Shown here in pieces: positions 18,361 through 29,045 of a stretch of 64,000 nt of DNA. This DNA comes from Candidatus Omnitrophota bacterium. GTDB taxonomy: Bacteria > Omnitrophota > Gorgyraeia > 2-02-FULL-51-18 > JAGOUK01. The position numbers were made by a program, and so were the translations under genes. A model generated the notes under the pieces. The model saw only the letters and a program-made list of their open reading frames with translations, was not told the origin of the DNA and ran no database searches. The first letter of the stretch is position 1. The number at the start of each line of letters is the position of its first letter. The stretch spans positions 179 through 64,178 of the forward strand of contig JBLINS010000001.1 in NCBI GenBank assembly GCA_047639455.1, written 5' to 3'.

Positions 18361-18717
18361 ATGCATAGATTATTAATATTCTTTTTAGTGGCAATGGCTC
18401 TAGGTGTATATTTAAGGTATTTTGCACGGGGTGCGGCACATGCAAAACCTTTGGGTTTGAAGATCAAAAAGAAAATACGACCCATTAAAGCCAAGGCGAT
18501 TGGCATTGACGAATTATGGGGACAGGTCTATGATACCGAATCGATTGACGATGCGCGCAAAGTTCAACAGAGTTTTATGGATCTCGGAATTCAGTGTTTT
18601 GTATACACTCAAGGTAAGAAAGATGTATACGGTGAATTATTAAAGCATTTTGGGGTTTCAGTTCCTCAGAAGTCCCTAGGAAAAGCCCAGGCCATTCTGT
18701 CCGAAATTGTGTTTTGA
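18361..18717 (+). CDS. Membrane-anchored hypothetical protein
   Basis: N-terminal TM plus small alpha/beta domain; alternative start at 18343. Confidence 0.65.
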   Translation: MHRLLIFFLVAMALGVYLRYFARGAAHAKPLGLKIKKKIRPIKAKAIGIDELWGQVYDTESIDDARKVQQSFMDLGIQCFVYTQGKKDVYGELLKHFGVSVPQKSLGKAQAILSEIVF

Positions 18718-18837
18718 TGCAAAGCTTATTAATTGTTAAACCTTTATTTGTTTTCCAGTAATGGGACACTCAATCGTCGCCATCCTCGAAATCGAATTGG
18801 ACGCAAAATTAACTACTTCAGGCCATAGGAATAGAAC

Positions 18838-20103
18838 ATGTTAGATTATAGAAATACATTATGTATCATCATGGGTGGTGGGCGCGGCAAGCGTATGTTT
18901 CCATTAACCAGCTATCGTTCTAAGCCTGCGGTTCCTTTTGGCGGTCGCTATAGATTAATTGATGTGCCTATATCCAATTGTTTGAATTCAGGCTTGAACA
19001 AAATCCTCATATTGACTCAGTATAATTCAGAATCTCTTAATAAACACATCTTTCGCACGTACAAATTAGACACCTATCATGGCGGTTATGTCGAGATATT
19101 GGCTGCAGATCAGTCTTATGGCAAGAATGATTGGTTTCAAGGAACCGCTGATAGTGTTAGGCGTAGCATGCCACATGTGCATGATCCCAAAATAGAAGAA
19201 GTTGTTATTTTGTCAGGTGATCAATTGTATAATTTGGATTTAAGTGTTTTACAAAGCGCTCATCGAGAAACGAATGCTGATGTGACCATAGCCTGTCACC
19301 CTGAACCAGCTGAGCAAATTCATAATTTTGGCATTATGAGTATGGATGAAGATAAGACTATCAAAAGCTTTATAGAAAAACCAAAAGACCCAGCTTTAGT
19401 AGAGGGGCAAACGGTTTCGATTAACAATAAGCCCCATTATTTGGCTAGTATGGGAATTTATATATTTAAAAAGGAAGTCTTGAATAAGCTTTTGGAAGAC
19501 AACCCAGACTCAGATGATTTTGGCCATCAAATTATTCCAGCAGCCATTAAAACTTTAAACGTTAAAGCATATGTTTTTAATGGCTATTGGTCTGACATAG
19601 GAACAGTATCTTCTTATTTTAATGCTAATTTGATGCTGGTGGAACCTTTGCCAGAATTCGATTTATACAATGAGTCTTGGCAATATTATACTCGACCACG
19701 TTATTTACCTCCTGCCAAATTAAAGCATTGTCACATTGAAGATTCATTTGTCACCGAAGGTTGCATTATCGAAGAGGCATCGATAAAGCGGTCAGTTATT
19801 GGCGTGCGTAGTCGCATAGGCCAAAGGGCGGATATTCAGGAGTCCTTGATTAATGGCAATGACTATTTTGAATCTGAAGATAAACGCCGAGTTCACTCTA
19901 GCAGTAGTAGGCCCTCATTAGGCATTGGCAATGATTGTGTGATTAAAAAAGCAATTATTGATAAGAATGTATTTATTGGTAATAATGTATCCATTATCAA
20001 TGCTGATAATGTTGAAGAAGCGGATGGTGAATTCTATTCTATTCGAGATGGAATTGTCGTTATTCATAAAGGAGCAATTATCCCCGATGGCACAGTAATT
20101 TAG
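18838..20103 (+). CDS. glgC: Glucose-1-phosphate adenylyltransferase
   Basis: GGGRGKRMFPLT, KPAVPFGG.YRLID, WFQGTAD, ILSGDQLY, EKP. Confidence 0.95.
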   Translation: MLDYRNTLCIIMGGGRGKRMFPLTSYRSKPAVPFGGRYRLIDVPISNCLNSGLNKILILTQYNSESLNKHIFRTYKLDTYHGGYVEILAADQSYGKNDWFQGTADSVRRSMPHVHDPKIEEVVILSGDQLYNLDLSVLQSAHRETNADVTIACHPEPAEQIHNFGIMSMDEDKTIKSFIEKPKDPALVEGQTVSINNKPHYLASMGIYIFKKEVLNKLLEDNPDSDDFGHQIIPAAIKTLNVKAYVFNGYWSDIGTVSSYFNANLMLVEPLPEFDLYNESWQYYTRPRYLPPAKLKHCHIEDSFVTEGCIIEEASIKRSVIGVRSRIGQRADIQESLINGNDYFESEDKRRVHSSSSRPSLGIGNDCVIKKAIIDKNVFIGNNVSIINADNVEEADGEFYSIRDGIVVIHKGAIIPDGTVI

Positions 20104-20126
20104 ATTTATCATAAATGGAGAAAAAA

Positions 20127-20444
20127 ATGAAAACAAAACTTATAACAATTTTATCAATATTAACCTTTGCTGCTTCTAGTGGGTATGCGGCTACAATGAA
20201 CTTTTCTTCAGACAATGAGTCTGCAGGTAATTACGTGTCGCGCAAAGATCGCGGTTTGGTTAAACAGGGGCCTTCAGTTTTTGAATCAGAATTTTTTAAA
20301 AAAGAAATGAAGCGTTCTGGCTTAGATCAGACCGGACGTCGGATTAAAGGCGCATTCAAAAATTTGCTATTGCCAGACATCGGCGGTTTTTTAAAGAGCA
20401 AAGAAGAAGATTATAAAGCTCGAAATCCCGGCAGCACTTCTTAA
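20127..20444 (+). CDS. Secreted hypothetical protein
   Basis: RBS GGAG; signal peptide MKTKLITILSILTFAASSGYA. Confidence 0.7.
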   Translation: MKTKLITILSILTFAASSGYAATMNFSSDNESAGNYVSRKDRGLVKQGPSVFESEFFKKEMKRSGLDQTGRRIKGAFKNLLLPDIGGFLKSKEEDYKARNPGSTS

Positions 20445-20680
20445 TGAATCCAGACCAAATAATTCAATGGGTTAAGGATAAATTGCCCGAATCAGAAGTC
20501 GTCGTCAACGATATGACAGGTGGCGGAGACCATTGGGAAATCAAAGTTGTTTCAGGTCAATTTGAAGGTAAAAAGTTATTAGAAAGACATCGCATCATGC
20601 ATGCTATTATGTCCGAACCGATGGCATCGGGTGCAGTGCATGCCGTCAAGTTTAAGACTTTGACACCGCAAGAATTGTGA
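20444..20680 (+). CDS. bolA: BolA/IbaG family protein
   Basis: GGGDHW, VVSGQFEGK..LERHR, VHA. Confidence 0.9.
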   Translation: MNPDQIIQWVKDKLPESEVVVNDMTGGGDHWEIKVVSGQFEGKKLLERHRIMHAIMSEPMASGAVHAVKFKTLTPQEL

Positions 20681-20712
20681 TCAAGGTGTTAAGCCGTTTA
20701 AAGGAGCTATTC

Positions 20713-21069
20713 ATGAGTTACAAAGGAGGATCAGACGAAGTGGAACAAGATCAAGCTGAGATTATAAAAGATATTGAAAAAGAAGTTAATGACCATAAAG
20801 TCTTAATTTATATTAAGGGCACTAAAGAACAGCCAATGTGCGGATTTTCTGCGGCAACTATTGGTTTGTTCAAAGCCATAGGTCACCCATTTGAAACAGT
20901 GGACATATTAAGCCATCCTAATAGGCGCCAGTTTGTTCCGCAGTATTCTAATTGGCCGACATTCCCTCAAATTTATATTAAGGGAGAGTTTATTGGTGGT
21001 TGTGACATCATGCATGAATTACAAGAGCAGGGTGAGTTAAAGAAAATAGTCGATGCGGCCTTTGAATAG
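20713..21069 (+). CDS. grxD: Monothiol glutaredoxin Grx4
   Basis: KGT, PMCGFS, WPTFPQIY, GGCD; RBS AAGGAG. Confidence 0.93.
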   Translation: MSYKGGSDEVEQDQAEIIKDIEKEVNDHKVLIYIKGTKEQPMCGFSAATIGLFKAIGHPFETVDILSHPNRRQFVPQYSNWPTFPQIYIKGEFIGGCDIMHELQEQGELKKIVDAAFE

Positions 21070-21103
21070 TAATCTAGACAATCATAAAACTAGGAATTAA
21101 AAT

Positions 21104-21460
21104 ATGCATATGAAAAATCTTAACATCTGCCAGTTTGGTTTAATTCTATTTGTGTGCGTCGGTTTTAGCATGTACGGTCAAAACGTTTTTGCTGGAATAG
21201 ATAAGCTACCTGAATCACATTCAGAGCTCAAGGCAATAACTAATGGCGAAACAGGCACCAATGTTCGTGGCGAAAGCACTCAGTTTAATGATTATTTGAA
21301 TGATGATCGGTATAAAGTTAAAGATGGCGATATTCGCATTATGAAGTTTGATGATCCCGATCAATCTGTTGTCTTGGGTGCAGAGGATGCACCTGCTGGA
21401 GTTTCTTATAAGATGGGTTTTGAAGAAACACCTTTAGAAAAGACAATCCTCCAAAGCTAA
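21104..21460 (+). CDS. Secreted hypothetical protein
   Basis: RBS AGGA; signal peptide ending VFA. Confidence 0.65.
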   Translation: MHMKNLNICQFGLILFVCVGFSMYGQNVFAGIDKLPESHSELKAITNGETGTNVRGESTQFNDYLNDDRYKVKDGDIRIMKFDDPDQSVVLGAEDAPAGVSYKMGFEETPLEKTILQS

Positions 21461-21894
21461 TGCCCAAAGCATTTTGGCTGCTTAAAACAGAACCTAATGC
21501 TTATCATTACGATGATCTTATGCGTGATGGATCAACGCATTGGGATGGCGTCAGGAACTATCAAGCTCGTAATAATATAAAAATCATGAGCCCTGGTGAT
21601 ATAGCTTTTATTTATCATAGTGTTGGACCTAAAGAGGTTGTGGGCATTGCGCAAGTGACCAGCAAGCATTATCCCGATCCGACTGATAAAGAAGACAAAG
21701 GTTGGGTTGTTGTTGATATTAAGCCCCGCAAAAAACTTACCACACCTATTCATTTAGAAGTTTTTAAAAACGATAAAGTATTGTCTCAAACACCCCTAGT
21801 TAAACAATCACGTCTTTCAGTTGTTCCGCTTACGTTAGTGCAAGCTAAACGTTTACTTTCTATATGCGGGCAAGAATCATTCGCCTCTAAATAA
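21460..21894 (+). CDS. EVE domain protein
   Basis: WLLKTEP, WDGVRNYQARN, FIYHS, RLSV. Confidence 0.92.
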   Translation: MPKAFWLLKTEPNAYHYDDLMRDGSTHWDGVRNYQARNNIKIMSPGDIAFIYHSVGPKEVVGIAQVTSKHYPDPTDKEDKGWVVVDIKPRKKLTTPIHLEVFKNDKVLSQTPLVKQSRLSVVPLTLVQAKRLLSICGQESFASK

Positions 21895-21906
21895 ACATAT
21901 ATAAAT

Positions 21907-22719
21907 ATGCCCAAAACCAAAAGTATATTTGCGAATCAATTAGCTTTGATCACAGGACCGACAGAAGGTATTGGTCTTGATTTGGCGCATCTTTTCGCCA
22001 AAGAAAAGTGTGATTTGGTTTTGGTGTCGCGCGACCTCGGCAAACTCCAAAAATTACAAAGCGAATTACAAAAACAATACAATATAAAAGCCACGGTTTT
22101 TTCTTATGATTTGTCATTACTCGAGTCAGCAAATCAATTAATTGCTGATTTGGAACGCCAAAGTCTTCAAATCGATATACTCATTAATAATGCTGGGTTT
22201 GGCGTCTATGGCGCTTTTGGCGACTCACCCTTAGAGCCTCAATTGGGTATGCTCGAATTGCATATTAATAGCCCCATGAAATTGGCTTATGCTTTTTTAC
22301 CGGGAATGCGTAAGAGAAAAAGGGGTGGCGTATTAAATGTGGGTTCTACAGCAGGTTTTCAACCCGTGCCATTACAAAGTGTTTATGGCGCCAGCAAAGC
22401 TTTCACCTTGCAATTCACTGAAGGTTTGGCTGAAGAGCTGCATGATTCAGGTGTGCGCGTGACTTGCCTTTGCCCAGGACCAACTGACACACCTTTTTTT
22501 AGTAAAGAGCATATGCGCAAGCGCGGGCCAGCCACAAGAATACGCATGCCATCAAAGGAAGTTGCTGAATACGGCCTAGCGGCTTTTAAGGCCTATCAAG
22601 TCGTTGCGATTCCCGGATGGACTAATAGAGCCATAACCATAGGCGTCCGCCTAGCTCCCAGATCCGCCGTCCGCAAGGCTGCCCGCAAAGTAGTCGAAAG
22701 CCTCCCCAAAGTACAGTAG
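21907..22719 (+). CDS. SDR oxidoreductase
   Basis: TG...GIG, LINNAG, YGASK, LCPGPT. Confidence 0.92.
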   Translation: MPKTKSIFANQLALITGPTEGIGLDLAHLFAKEKCDLVLVSRDLGKLQKLQSELQKQYNIKATVFSYDLSLLESANQLIADLERQSLQIDILINNAGFGVYGAFGDSPLEPQLGMLELHINSPMKLAYAFLPGMRKRKRGGVLNVGSTAGFQPVPLQSVYGASKAFTLQFTEGLAEELHDSGVRVTCLCPGPTDTPFFSKEHMRKRGPATRIRMPSKEVAEYGLAAFKAYQVVAIPGWTNRAITIGVRLAPRSAVRKAARKVVESLPKVQ

Positions 22720-22723
22720 TCCT

Positions 22724-22763
22724 AGATTGTCACAGGACTTGCTCCGCGCCCTTCGCAACGACG
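22724..22763. repeat. Degenerate CGTC-type repeat
   Basis: AGATTGTCAC ... CTTCGCAACGACG. Confidence 0.6.
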
Positions 22764-22822
22764 TGATTTGTTCGGTAACCAGCACCCCATAATTTGCAGA
22801 ATTTTGTTAGACTCTTTATCTA

Positions 22823-24214
22823 ATGAAACAAACTAATCATACTCTTTGCTGTGAGATTGTTACGCACGACAAAAAACGTCGTGCTCACAATGACATGATT
22901 GTATTAGCCGCAATTTTCTATTTCCTAATTAATTTGATTCATCCGCTGCAAATAATTTTTGCTGATGAAAGCAACCCTATCAATTTTGAGTCTATGATTT
23001 CATTGGAACATGCATCTGTCGTTGAGACTTATAAAGGCTATTCTGATTATTATATTTTTCATATACAGGATGCGCATGCCCATTATGGAGCTCAAAAGAA
23101 TTTAGCCAAAATTCTGGATGACATGATTCGACAATTTGGAATTAAATGGGTTTTTATCGAGGGTGGAGTTGGTAACGACTCATTATCTTTTTTAAGAACA
23201 CTAGCCACTAAGGAGATACGAACCAAAGTAGCAGATCGATATTTGGAGTCTGGCAATATATCGGGTGCTGAGTATTTAGACATAGTGTCAGACTTGGATA
23301 TTAAGTTATGGGGTATGGAGGATCAGGATTTGTATAAGGAGTCCAGACTCCTTTATAGGCAGGTCTTAGAGAGCCGCTCTACAATTCTCACGTATTTAGA
23401 CGATATGGCCAATTTGGTTGACGAATTTAAAGACGCTCACAAAAACTCAGCACTTAAAGAATTAGAAATTCAAATAGACGCCTTGAATGCCAATGATGGT
23501 GGCTTTGAATCTTATTTAAATCTATTGATCAAAACGCATCCCCAAAAAGAATTATTACTAGAAGATTATGACATGGCGGATCGGTTTGATCGTAGCCAAC
23601 GTTTGCAGAAAGAAATTCTAAATGAGTCGTCAATACTTAAGCGCAATGAATTGCAATTAATGTATAGCAAAATATCACAAGGCTTAGACATCGGCACATT
23701 ATGGTCAGAAGCAAACCTTTTGGAATCTGATTTGATCCATGAAATGGCAAAGAATGAAGATTTGGAAAAGCTCACGATTCTCTCGAGGCGCATTCGTTTG
23801 CTTAGAGAATATTTTTTAATACAAGTAAGGCCATATGAATTGGATTTTTATCAAAATAACCCTTCTGAATTTAGGGCTGAGGAATGGGTGGTTTTTTTGA
23901 ACCGCTTAATCAAAGACCGCAAGATGAATAGAGATTTCATTTATTATAGGCCATCCATCGAGCTCGCCCAAAAACGCATCAATAGTTTTTATGCCAATAC
24001 TGAGAAACGTGACATAGCTTTTATTAAAAACAGCTTAAAAAAAATGGATGAGGTTAATGAGTCCAAGGCCGTCATTATTAGTGGCGGGTACCATACGCCA
24101 CATTTAACTAAGCGCTTACGGGAGAAAGGCGTCTCATATGTTGTTATGGCACCACATATTGAGGGTCCTTGGAGTAAGTCTAAGTATGACGATTTGCTAC
24201 TGAGCGCCCTCTAG
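22823..24214 (+). CDS. Secreted 'IQDAH' domain protein (TraB/TIKI/ChaN-like motif spacing)
   Basis: HIQDAH..YGAQ, VFIEG, ISGAEY, GMED, KRD..F, IISGGYH; start 22823 or 22895. Confidence 0.7.
   Translation: MKQTNHTLCCEIVTHDKKRRAHNDMIVLAAIFYFLINLIHPLQIIFADESNPINFESMISLEHASVVETYKGYSDYYIFHIQDAHAHYGAQKNLAKILDDMIRQFGIKWVFIEGGVGNDSLSFLRTLATKEIRTKVADRYLESGNISGAEYLDIVSDLDIKLWGMEDQDLYKESRLLYRQVLESRSTILTYLDDMANLVDEFKDAHKNSALKELEIQIDALNANDGGFESYLNLLIKTHPQKELLLEDYDMADRFDRSQRLQKEILNESSILKRNELQLMYSKISQGLDIGTLWSEANLLESDLIHEMAKNEDLEKLTILSRRIRLLREYFLIQVRPYELDFYQNNPSEFRAEEWVVFLNRLIKDRKMNRDFIYYRPSIELAQKRINSFYANTEKRDIAFIKNSLKKMDEVNESKAVIISGGYHTPHLTKRLREKGVSYVVMAPHIEGPWSKSKYDDLLLSAL
22853..22894. repeat. CGTC-type repeat inside the 5' end of the ORF (42 nt, in frame)
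   Basis: GAGATTGTTAC-GCACGAC..GTCGTGC-TCACAATGAC. Confidence 0.7.
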
Positions 24215-24346
24215 GTTCAATAAATTAAAGCACTTATGTATTCTGACTTTTTATATTCATTTACGAATTGGCTGTATTCTTAAATATTATTAGTGGCCGT
24301 GGGCAGTTTACGCTATACTGTGCGTTCTTTAAAAGGAGTAGATGTA

Positions 24347-25654
24347 GTGATAGAACGATATAGCCTCCCCCAAATGAGCGGTTTATGGACTGATGAGAGC
24401 CGATTTCAGCATATGTTAGATGTTGAAATTGCGGCGTGTGATGCTATGGCTGATGCCGGCCTCATTCCTAAAAAATCAGCAGTTAATATCCGTAAAAAAA
24501 GTGGGTTTAATATTGCTGAAATTAGAAGAATTGAAGCCAAAACCAAGCATGATGTCACCGCCTTTTTGCAAAGCGTCGGAAATCGTGTGGGTGATGATGC
24601 TAGATACATCCACAAAGGCTTAACTTCAAGCGACGTATTAGATACCGCATTATCCATTCAAATACTCAAAGCCTTAGACTTAATTATTGTTAGAACCAAA
24701 AAATTCCAAAGTGTGCTCAAAAAGCAGAGTTTGCGTTATAAAGACACAGTCACCATGGGGCGAACGCATGGAATTCATGCAGAGCCCACTACGTTTGGTT
24801 TGCGCATACTTCTATATTATGAAGATATGAAACGTGCATTAGATCGTTTAGAGCGAGCTAAAGCTGTTATGTCATATGGCAAGCTATCGGGCGCTGTAGG
24901 CACTCATGCTGCATTTTCTCCAGCAATGGAAAAACGCACCTTAAAAAAACTTAAGTTAAAAGCCGCTGCAGTGTCGACGCAAGTATTGCAAAGAGATCGT
25001 CATGCTGAAGTCATGAGCGCATTAGCTTTATTGGCTGCCTCACTCGAAAAAATTGCTATAGAAATTCGTCATTTACAAAGAACTGAAGTACGTGAAGTTG
25101 AAGAGAGTTTTTCTAAGGGGCAAACAGGCTCAAGCGCAATGCCACATAAAAAGAATCCGGTCAATTGTGAGCGCGTGAGTGGACTAGCGCGTATTGTACG
25201 AACGAATATGCTAGCTGCTTATGAGAACATTGCCTTGTGGCATGAGCGTGATATTAGTCATTCTTCTGTAGAGCGTGTGATTATCCCGGATAGCTTTGCT
25301 TTGACAGACTTTATGTTAGATGAAATGACACGCATAATTACGAATATGCGCGTGTATCCTAAGCGCATGCTTCGCACTATCGAAAATAATCGCGGTTTGA
25401 TTTTCTCGCAGAGGTTTTTACTAGCTTTGATTGATAAGGGGCTAGCTAGATTTGATGCTTATGCCATTGTGCAAGAATTGGCTATGCGTGTATGGAATGA
25501 GGAAGAGTATACTTTGCGCAGCTTAGCTGAATTAGATTCGCGGGTTAAGAAATTATTTAAGAAATCAGATTTGGACAAAATATTTGATTTGAATGCCTAC
25601 TTAAAGCATGTTGATGCCATATACGGCAAAGCTGGCATAAAGATTAAGAAGTAA
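24347..25654 (+). CDS. purB: Adenylosuccinate lyase
   Basis: GTG after AAGGAG; HDV, TSSD, GRTHG.HAEP, SSAMPHKKNP. Confidence 0.95.
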   Translation: MIERYSLPQMSGLWTDESRFQHMLDVEIAACDAMADAGLIPKKSAVNIRKKSGFNIAEIRRIEAKTKHDVTAFLQSVGNRVGDDARYIHKGLTSSDVLDTALSIQILKALDLIIVRTKKFQSVLKKQSLRYKDTVTMGRTHGIHAEPTTFGLRILLYYEDMKRALDRLERAKAVMSYGKLSGAVGTHAAFSPAMEKRTLKKLKLKAAAVSTQVLQRDRHAEVMSALALLAASLEKIAIEIRHLQRTEVREVEESFSKGQTGSSAMPHKKNPVNCERVSGLARIVRTNMLAAYENIALWHERDISHSSVERVIIPDSFALTDFMLDEMTRIITNMRVYPKRMLRTIENNRGLIFSQRFLLALIDKGLARFDAYAIVQELAMRVWNEEEYTLRSLAELDSRVKKLFKKSDLDKIFDLNAYLKHVDAIYGKAGIKIKK

Positions 25655-25703
25655 CGTAGTTATTTGCTTCAAAATATTTTTGATAATAACATGATAATCA
25701 TAT

Positions 25704-25840
25704 CGTCATCATGAGTTGGAGCTAATAAATTATATGCTCCGACGTAATGATCTCACAGCCAAAAGCTCTTCTGGGAGACCCTCACGTCGCTACGCTCCTC
25801 AGGATGACATGAGTGCGCCTGAGAGATTCCCAGGATGACG
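25704..25840. repeat. CGTC-type repeat doublet with duplicated 3' end
   Basis: CGTCATCATGAG ... CTCAGGATGACA ... CCCAGGATGACG. Confidence 0.8.
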
Positions 25841-25863
25841 TCAGTTGGTTTAAGGAGAAATAA

Positions 25864-26112
25864 ATGTTAGCTAAAGTTTTTATCACATTAAAAAAATCAG
25901 TTCAGGACCCTCAAGGTTCAGCTGTCAAACATTCACTTGAATCAATGAACTTTGATGCTGTCGAAAGTGTGCGTATAGGCAAAATGATAGAAGTAACTTT
26001 GAAGGACAATATTGAACAGTCTGTTGCCGAAAGTCAATTGAAGGAAATGTGCGATAAGTTATTGGCTAATCCAGTCATTGAAGATTATCGCTATGAATTC
26101 ACAAAACCATGA
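25864..26112 (+). CDS. purS: FGAM synthase subunit PurS
   Basis: [19 protein letters not shown]. Confidence 0.95.
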   Translation: MLAKVFITLKKSVQDPQGSAVKHSLESMNFDAVESVRIGKMIEVTLKDNIEQSVAESQLKEMCDKLLANPVIEDYRYEFTKP

Positions 26113-26810
26113 GCAAACCTAAAGTGGGCGTTGTTGTTTTTCCCGGTTCCAATTGTGATCAAGACTGCTTGCATGCGATTCAAGATGTTATTGGCTATGA
26201 AGCCATACCGATATGGCATAAAGAGTCCGATTTGGGTTCAATCGATGCCTTGGTTTTACCAGGTGGATTTAGCTATGGCGACTATTTGAGAGCGGGAGCC
26301 ATTGCTCGATTCTCGCCTGTGATGAAAGCAGTAGTTCAATTTGCTAATTCTGGTAAACCCGTCATTGGTATTTGTAATGGTTTTCAAGTATTGCTCGAAT
26401 CAGGATTGTTACCCGGCGCCATGCTCCGTAATAGCAGCCTGAACTTTGAATGTTCTTATGTAAACCTCAGAGTCGAATCCGTTGACAGCACTTTTACTCA
26501 AGGTTATACCCAAAATCAAATTTTGCGCATACCTGTTGCGCATGGCGAAGGTAGTTATGTGGCTGAGCCAGACACATTGAAGCAATTGAATGACAATCAA
26601 CAAGTTTTGGTACGTTATGTGAATGCGGATGGAGTGCCAACGCCTGAATCAAACCCTAATGGATCTTTAGAAAATATTGCTGGTATATGTAATCAAAAAC
26701 GTAATGTTTTTGGCCTCATGCCTCATCCAGAGAGAGCTTCAGAAGTTGAATTGGGTTCAGTAGATGGATATGCCATGTTACAAAGTCTTGTGCATGAGGT
26801 GGGGGTGTGA
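26109..26810 (+). CDS. purQ: FGAM synthase glutaminase subunit
   Basis: [32 protein letters not shown]. Confidence 0.96.
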   Translation: MSKPKVGVVVFPGSNCDQDCLHAIQDVIGYEAIPIWHKESDLGSIDALVLPGGFSYGDYLRAGAIARFSPVMKAVVQFANSGKPVIGICNGFQVLLESGLLPGAMLRNSSLNFECSYVNLRVESVDSTFTQGYTQNQILRIPVAHGEGSYVAEPDTLKQLNDNQQVLVRYVNADGVPTPESNPNGSLENIAGICNQKRNVFGLMPHPERASEVELGSVDGYAMLQSLVHEVGV

Positions 26811-29032
26811 CCGTGGCTGAATCTCCCAAAATCACTATGGACATGGTCATTGAATTAGGTTTGACAGAGGATGAATACACGCATATTCAAAAAGTTTTGG
26901 GTCGCGTGCCCACCTTTACTGAATTAGGTGTATTTAGCGTTATGTATTCTGAGCATTGCTCTTATAAAAATTCAAAAAATATTCTCAAACTTTTGCCAAA
27001 AACTGGCGAGCGTGTATTAATTGGCGCAGGTGAAGAGAATGCGGGCGTTATCGATATTGGTGATGATTGGTGTATATCATTCAAAATCGAATCGCATAAT
27101 CACCCTTCAGCCATTGAACCTTTTCAAGGTGCCGCTACCGGCGTTGGTGGCATACTGCGTGATATTTTCACTATGGGTGCGAGACCTGTGCTTTTGATGA
27201 ATAGTCTTCGTTTTGGGAGTTTGGAGAGCAATAAGACCAAACATTTACTCAAAGGTGTGGTGAGCGGCATAGGATTTTATGGTAATTGTATTGGTGTTCC
27301 CACAATTGGTGGTGAGGTTTATTTTGATGAGTCTTTTGAGGGTAATCCTTTGGTGAATGCGCTTGCTTTGGGTGTCTGTAAGAAAAAAGATATCGCGCGT
27401 GGTGAGGCTAAGGGCGTTGGTAATCCAGTTTATTATTTAGGCGGCACAACGGGTCGCGATGGTATAGGCGGTGCTAGTTTTGCCTCCAAAGAAATCACAG
27501 AAGCTTCGCATGAAGATAGGCCAGCCGTTCAAGTTGGTGATCCCTTTATGGAAAAGTTACTTATGGAAGCCGTATTAGAGCTATTGCAAACAGATGCTGT
27601 TGTCGGCATTCAAGACATGGGCGCTGCAGGCTTAACTTGTGGTACTTGCGAGACAGCCGCACGCGGTAATTCGGGTATAGAAATTGAGACTAATCTCGTA
27701 CCTCAGCGCGAAACGCATATGACTCCATACGAAATCTTACTTTCTGAATCACAAGAGCGTATGCTCGTGATTGTTAAGGCTGGTCGCGAATCAGAAGTAT
27801 TGAGCATATTTGATAAATGGGATTTGCATGCGGTCAAAATCGGCCAAGTCACTGATACTGGTGACATGGTTGTCAAACAAAATGGCGAAATTGTCGTCCA
27901 AATTCCTGCTAAAGAATTAGCTGATGAAGGGCCCGTCTATATTCGCGAAGAATCCAAACCTGCTTATATGGACGCATTAAAAGTTATTGATTTAAAAAAT
28001 TATGGCCCTACAGGTGACTTGAATGCCGCTTTATTAAAAATTCTGGATCATCCGTCTATTGGTTCTAAGGAATGGGTATGGAAACAATATGATCATATGG
28101 TGGGTACTGCCAATATTCTTTTACCTGGATCTGATAGCGCTGTCATTCGTTTAAAAGGCACTAAGAAAAAAATAGCCATGACGACTGATTGTAATAGCGG
28201 CTATTGTTATCTCGACCCTTATGAAGGCGGCAAAATTGCTGTTGCTGAAGCCGCTCGAAATATTGTTTGTAGCGGTGCGTCGCCCTTAGCTGTAACCGAT
28301 GGGCTTAACTTTGGTAACCCAATGAAGCCTGAAGTATTTTGGACATTTCGAAAATGCATTGAAGGCATACGCGACGCTTGTTTGGCTTTTGATACGCCTG
28401 TGACCGGAGGCAATGTTTCCTTTTACAATGAGAGTCCTGAGGGTGCTGTTGATCCCACACCTATTATTGGTATGGCTGGCCTAATTGAAGATCGTAATCC
28501 TATACCTGCGGCATTCCAAAATGATGGTGATCAAATATATTTAATTGGTAAGAGTATGGAAGAATTGGGCGGTAGTATTTTTCTAAAAGTATTACATGCT
28601 AAAAAAGAAGGTATTCCGCCAATCTTAGAATTGGAAGATGCTAAAAAATTCAACCAAACAGTTTTGGCCGCGGCGGATTTGAATTTACTCACCTCAGCGC
28701 ACGACTTGTCTGAGGGCGGATTAGCTGTTGCTTTGGCTGAATGTTGTATTGTGAATCAGGATAAGAATTTGGGTGCTCGGGTTACGGTGCAAGCCGACGG
28801 CATATCAACCGAAGCTTTATTATTTGGCGAAAGTCAATCCAGAGCAATTTTGACAACGCATACGCTAAATGCAGAAAAGTTAGAAAATTTATTGAATCAA
28901 AGTGGTTTTGTATGGCAAAAAATCGGCCAAGTTGGCGGTCAAGTCATGTCTATTAATGACAAAATTGAAATCCCCTTGACTGTTATGAAAGAAGCTTTTT
29001 TCAGAGCATTACCAAGGCGATTAGAAGTTTAA
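26807..29032 (+). CDS. purL: FGAM synthase II
   Basis: [35 protein letters not shown]. Confidence 0.96.
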   Translation: MTVAESPKITMDMVIELGLTEDEYTHIQKVLGRVPTFTELGVFSVMYSEHCSYKNSKNILKLLPKTGERVLIGAGEENAGVIDIGDDWCISFKIESHNHPSAIEPFQGAATGVGGILRDIFTMGARPVLLMNSLRFGSLESNKTKHLLKGVVSGIGFYGNCIGVPTIGGEVYFDESFEGNPLVNALALGVCKKKDIARGEAKGVGNPVYYLGGTTGRDGIGGASFASKEITEASHEDRPAVQVGDPFMEKLLMEAVLELLQTDAVVGIQDMGAAGLTCGTCETAARGNSGIEIETNLVPQRETHMTPYEILLSESQERMLVIVKAGRESEVLSIFDKWDLHAVKIGQVTDTGDMVVKQNGEIVVQIPAKELADEGPVYIREESKPAYMDALKVIDLKNYGPTGDLNAALLKILDHPSIGSKEWVWKQYDHMVGTANILLPGSDSAVIRLKGTKKKIAMTTDCNSGYCYLDPYEGGKIAVAEAARNIVCSGASPLAVTDGLNFGNPMKPEVFWTFRKCIEGIRDACLAFDTPVTGGNVSFYNESPEGAVDPTPIIGMAGLIEDRNPIPAAFQNDGDQIYLIGKSMEELGGSIFLKVLHAKKEGIPPILELEDAKKFNQTVLAAADLNLLTSAHDLSEGGLAVALAECCIVNQDKNLGARVTVQADGISTEALLFGESQSRAILTTHTLNAEKLENLLNQSGFVWQKIGQVGGQVMSINDKIEIPLTVMKEAFFRALPRRLEV

Positions 29033-29045
29033 GGGATGTGTATCA

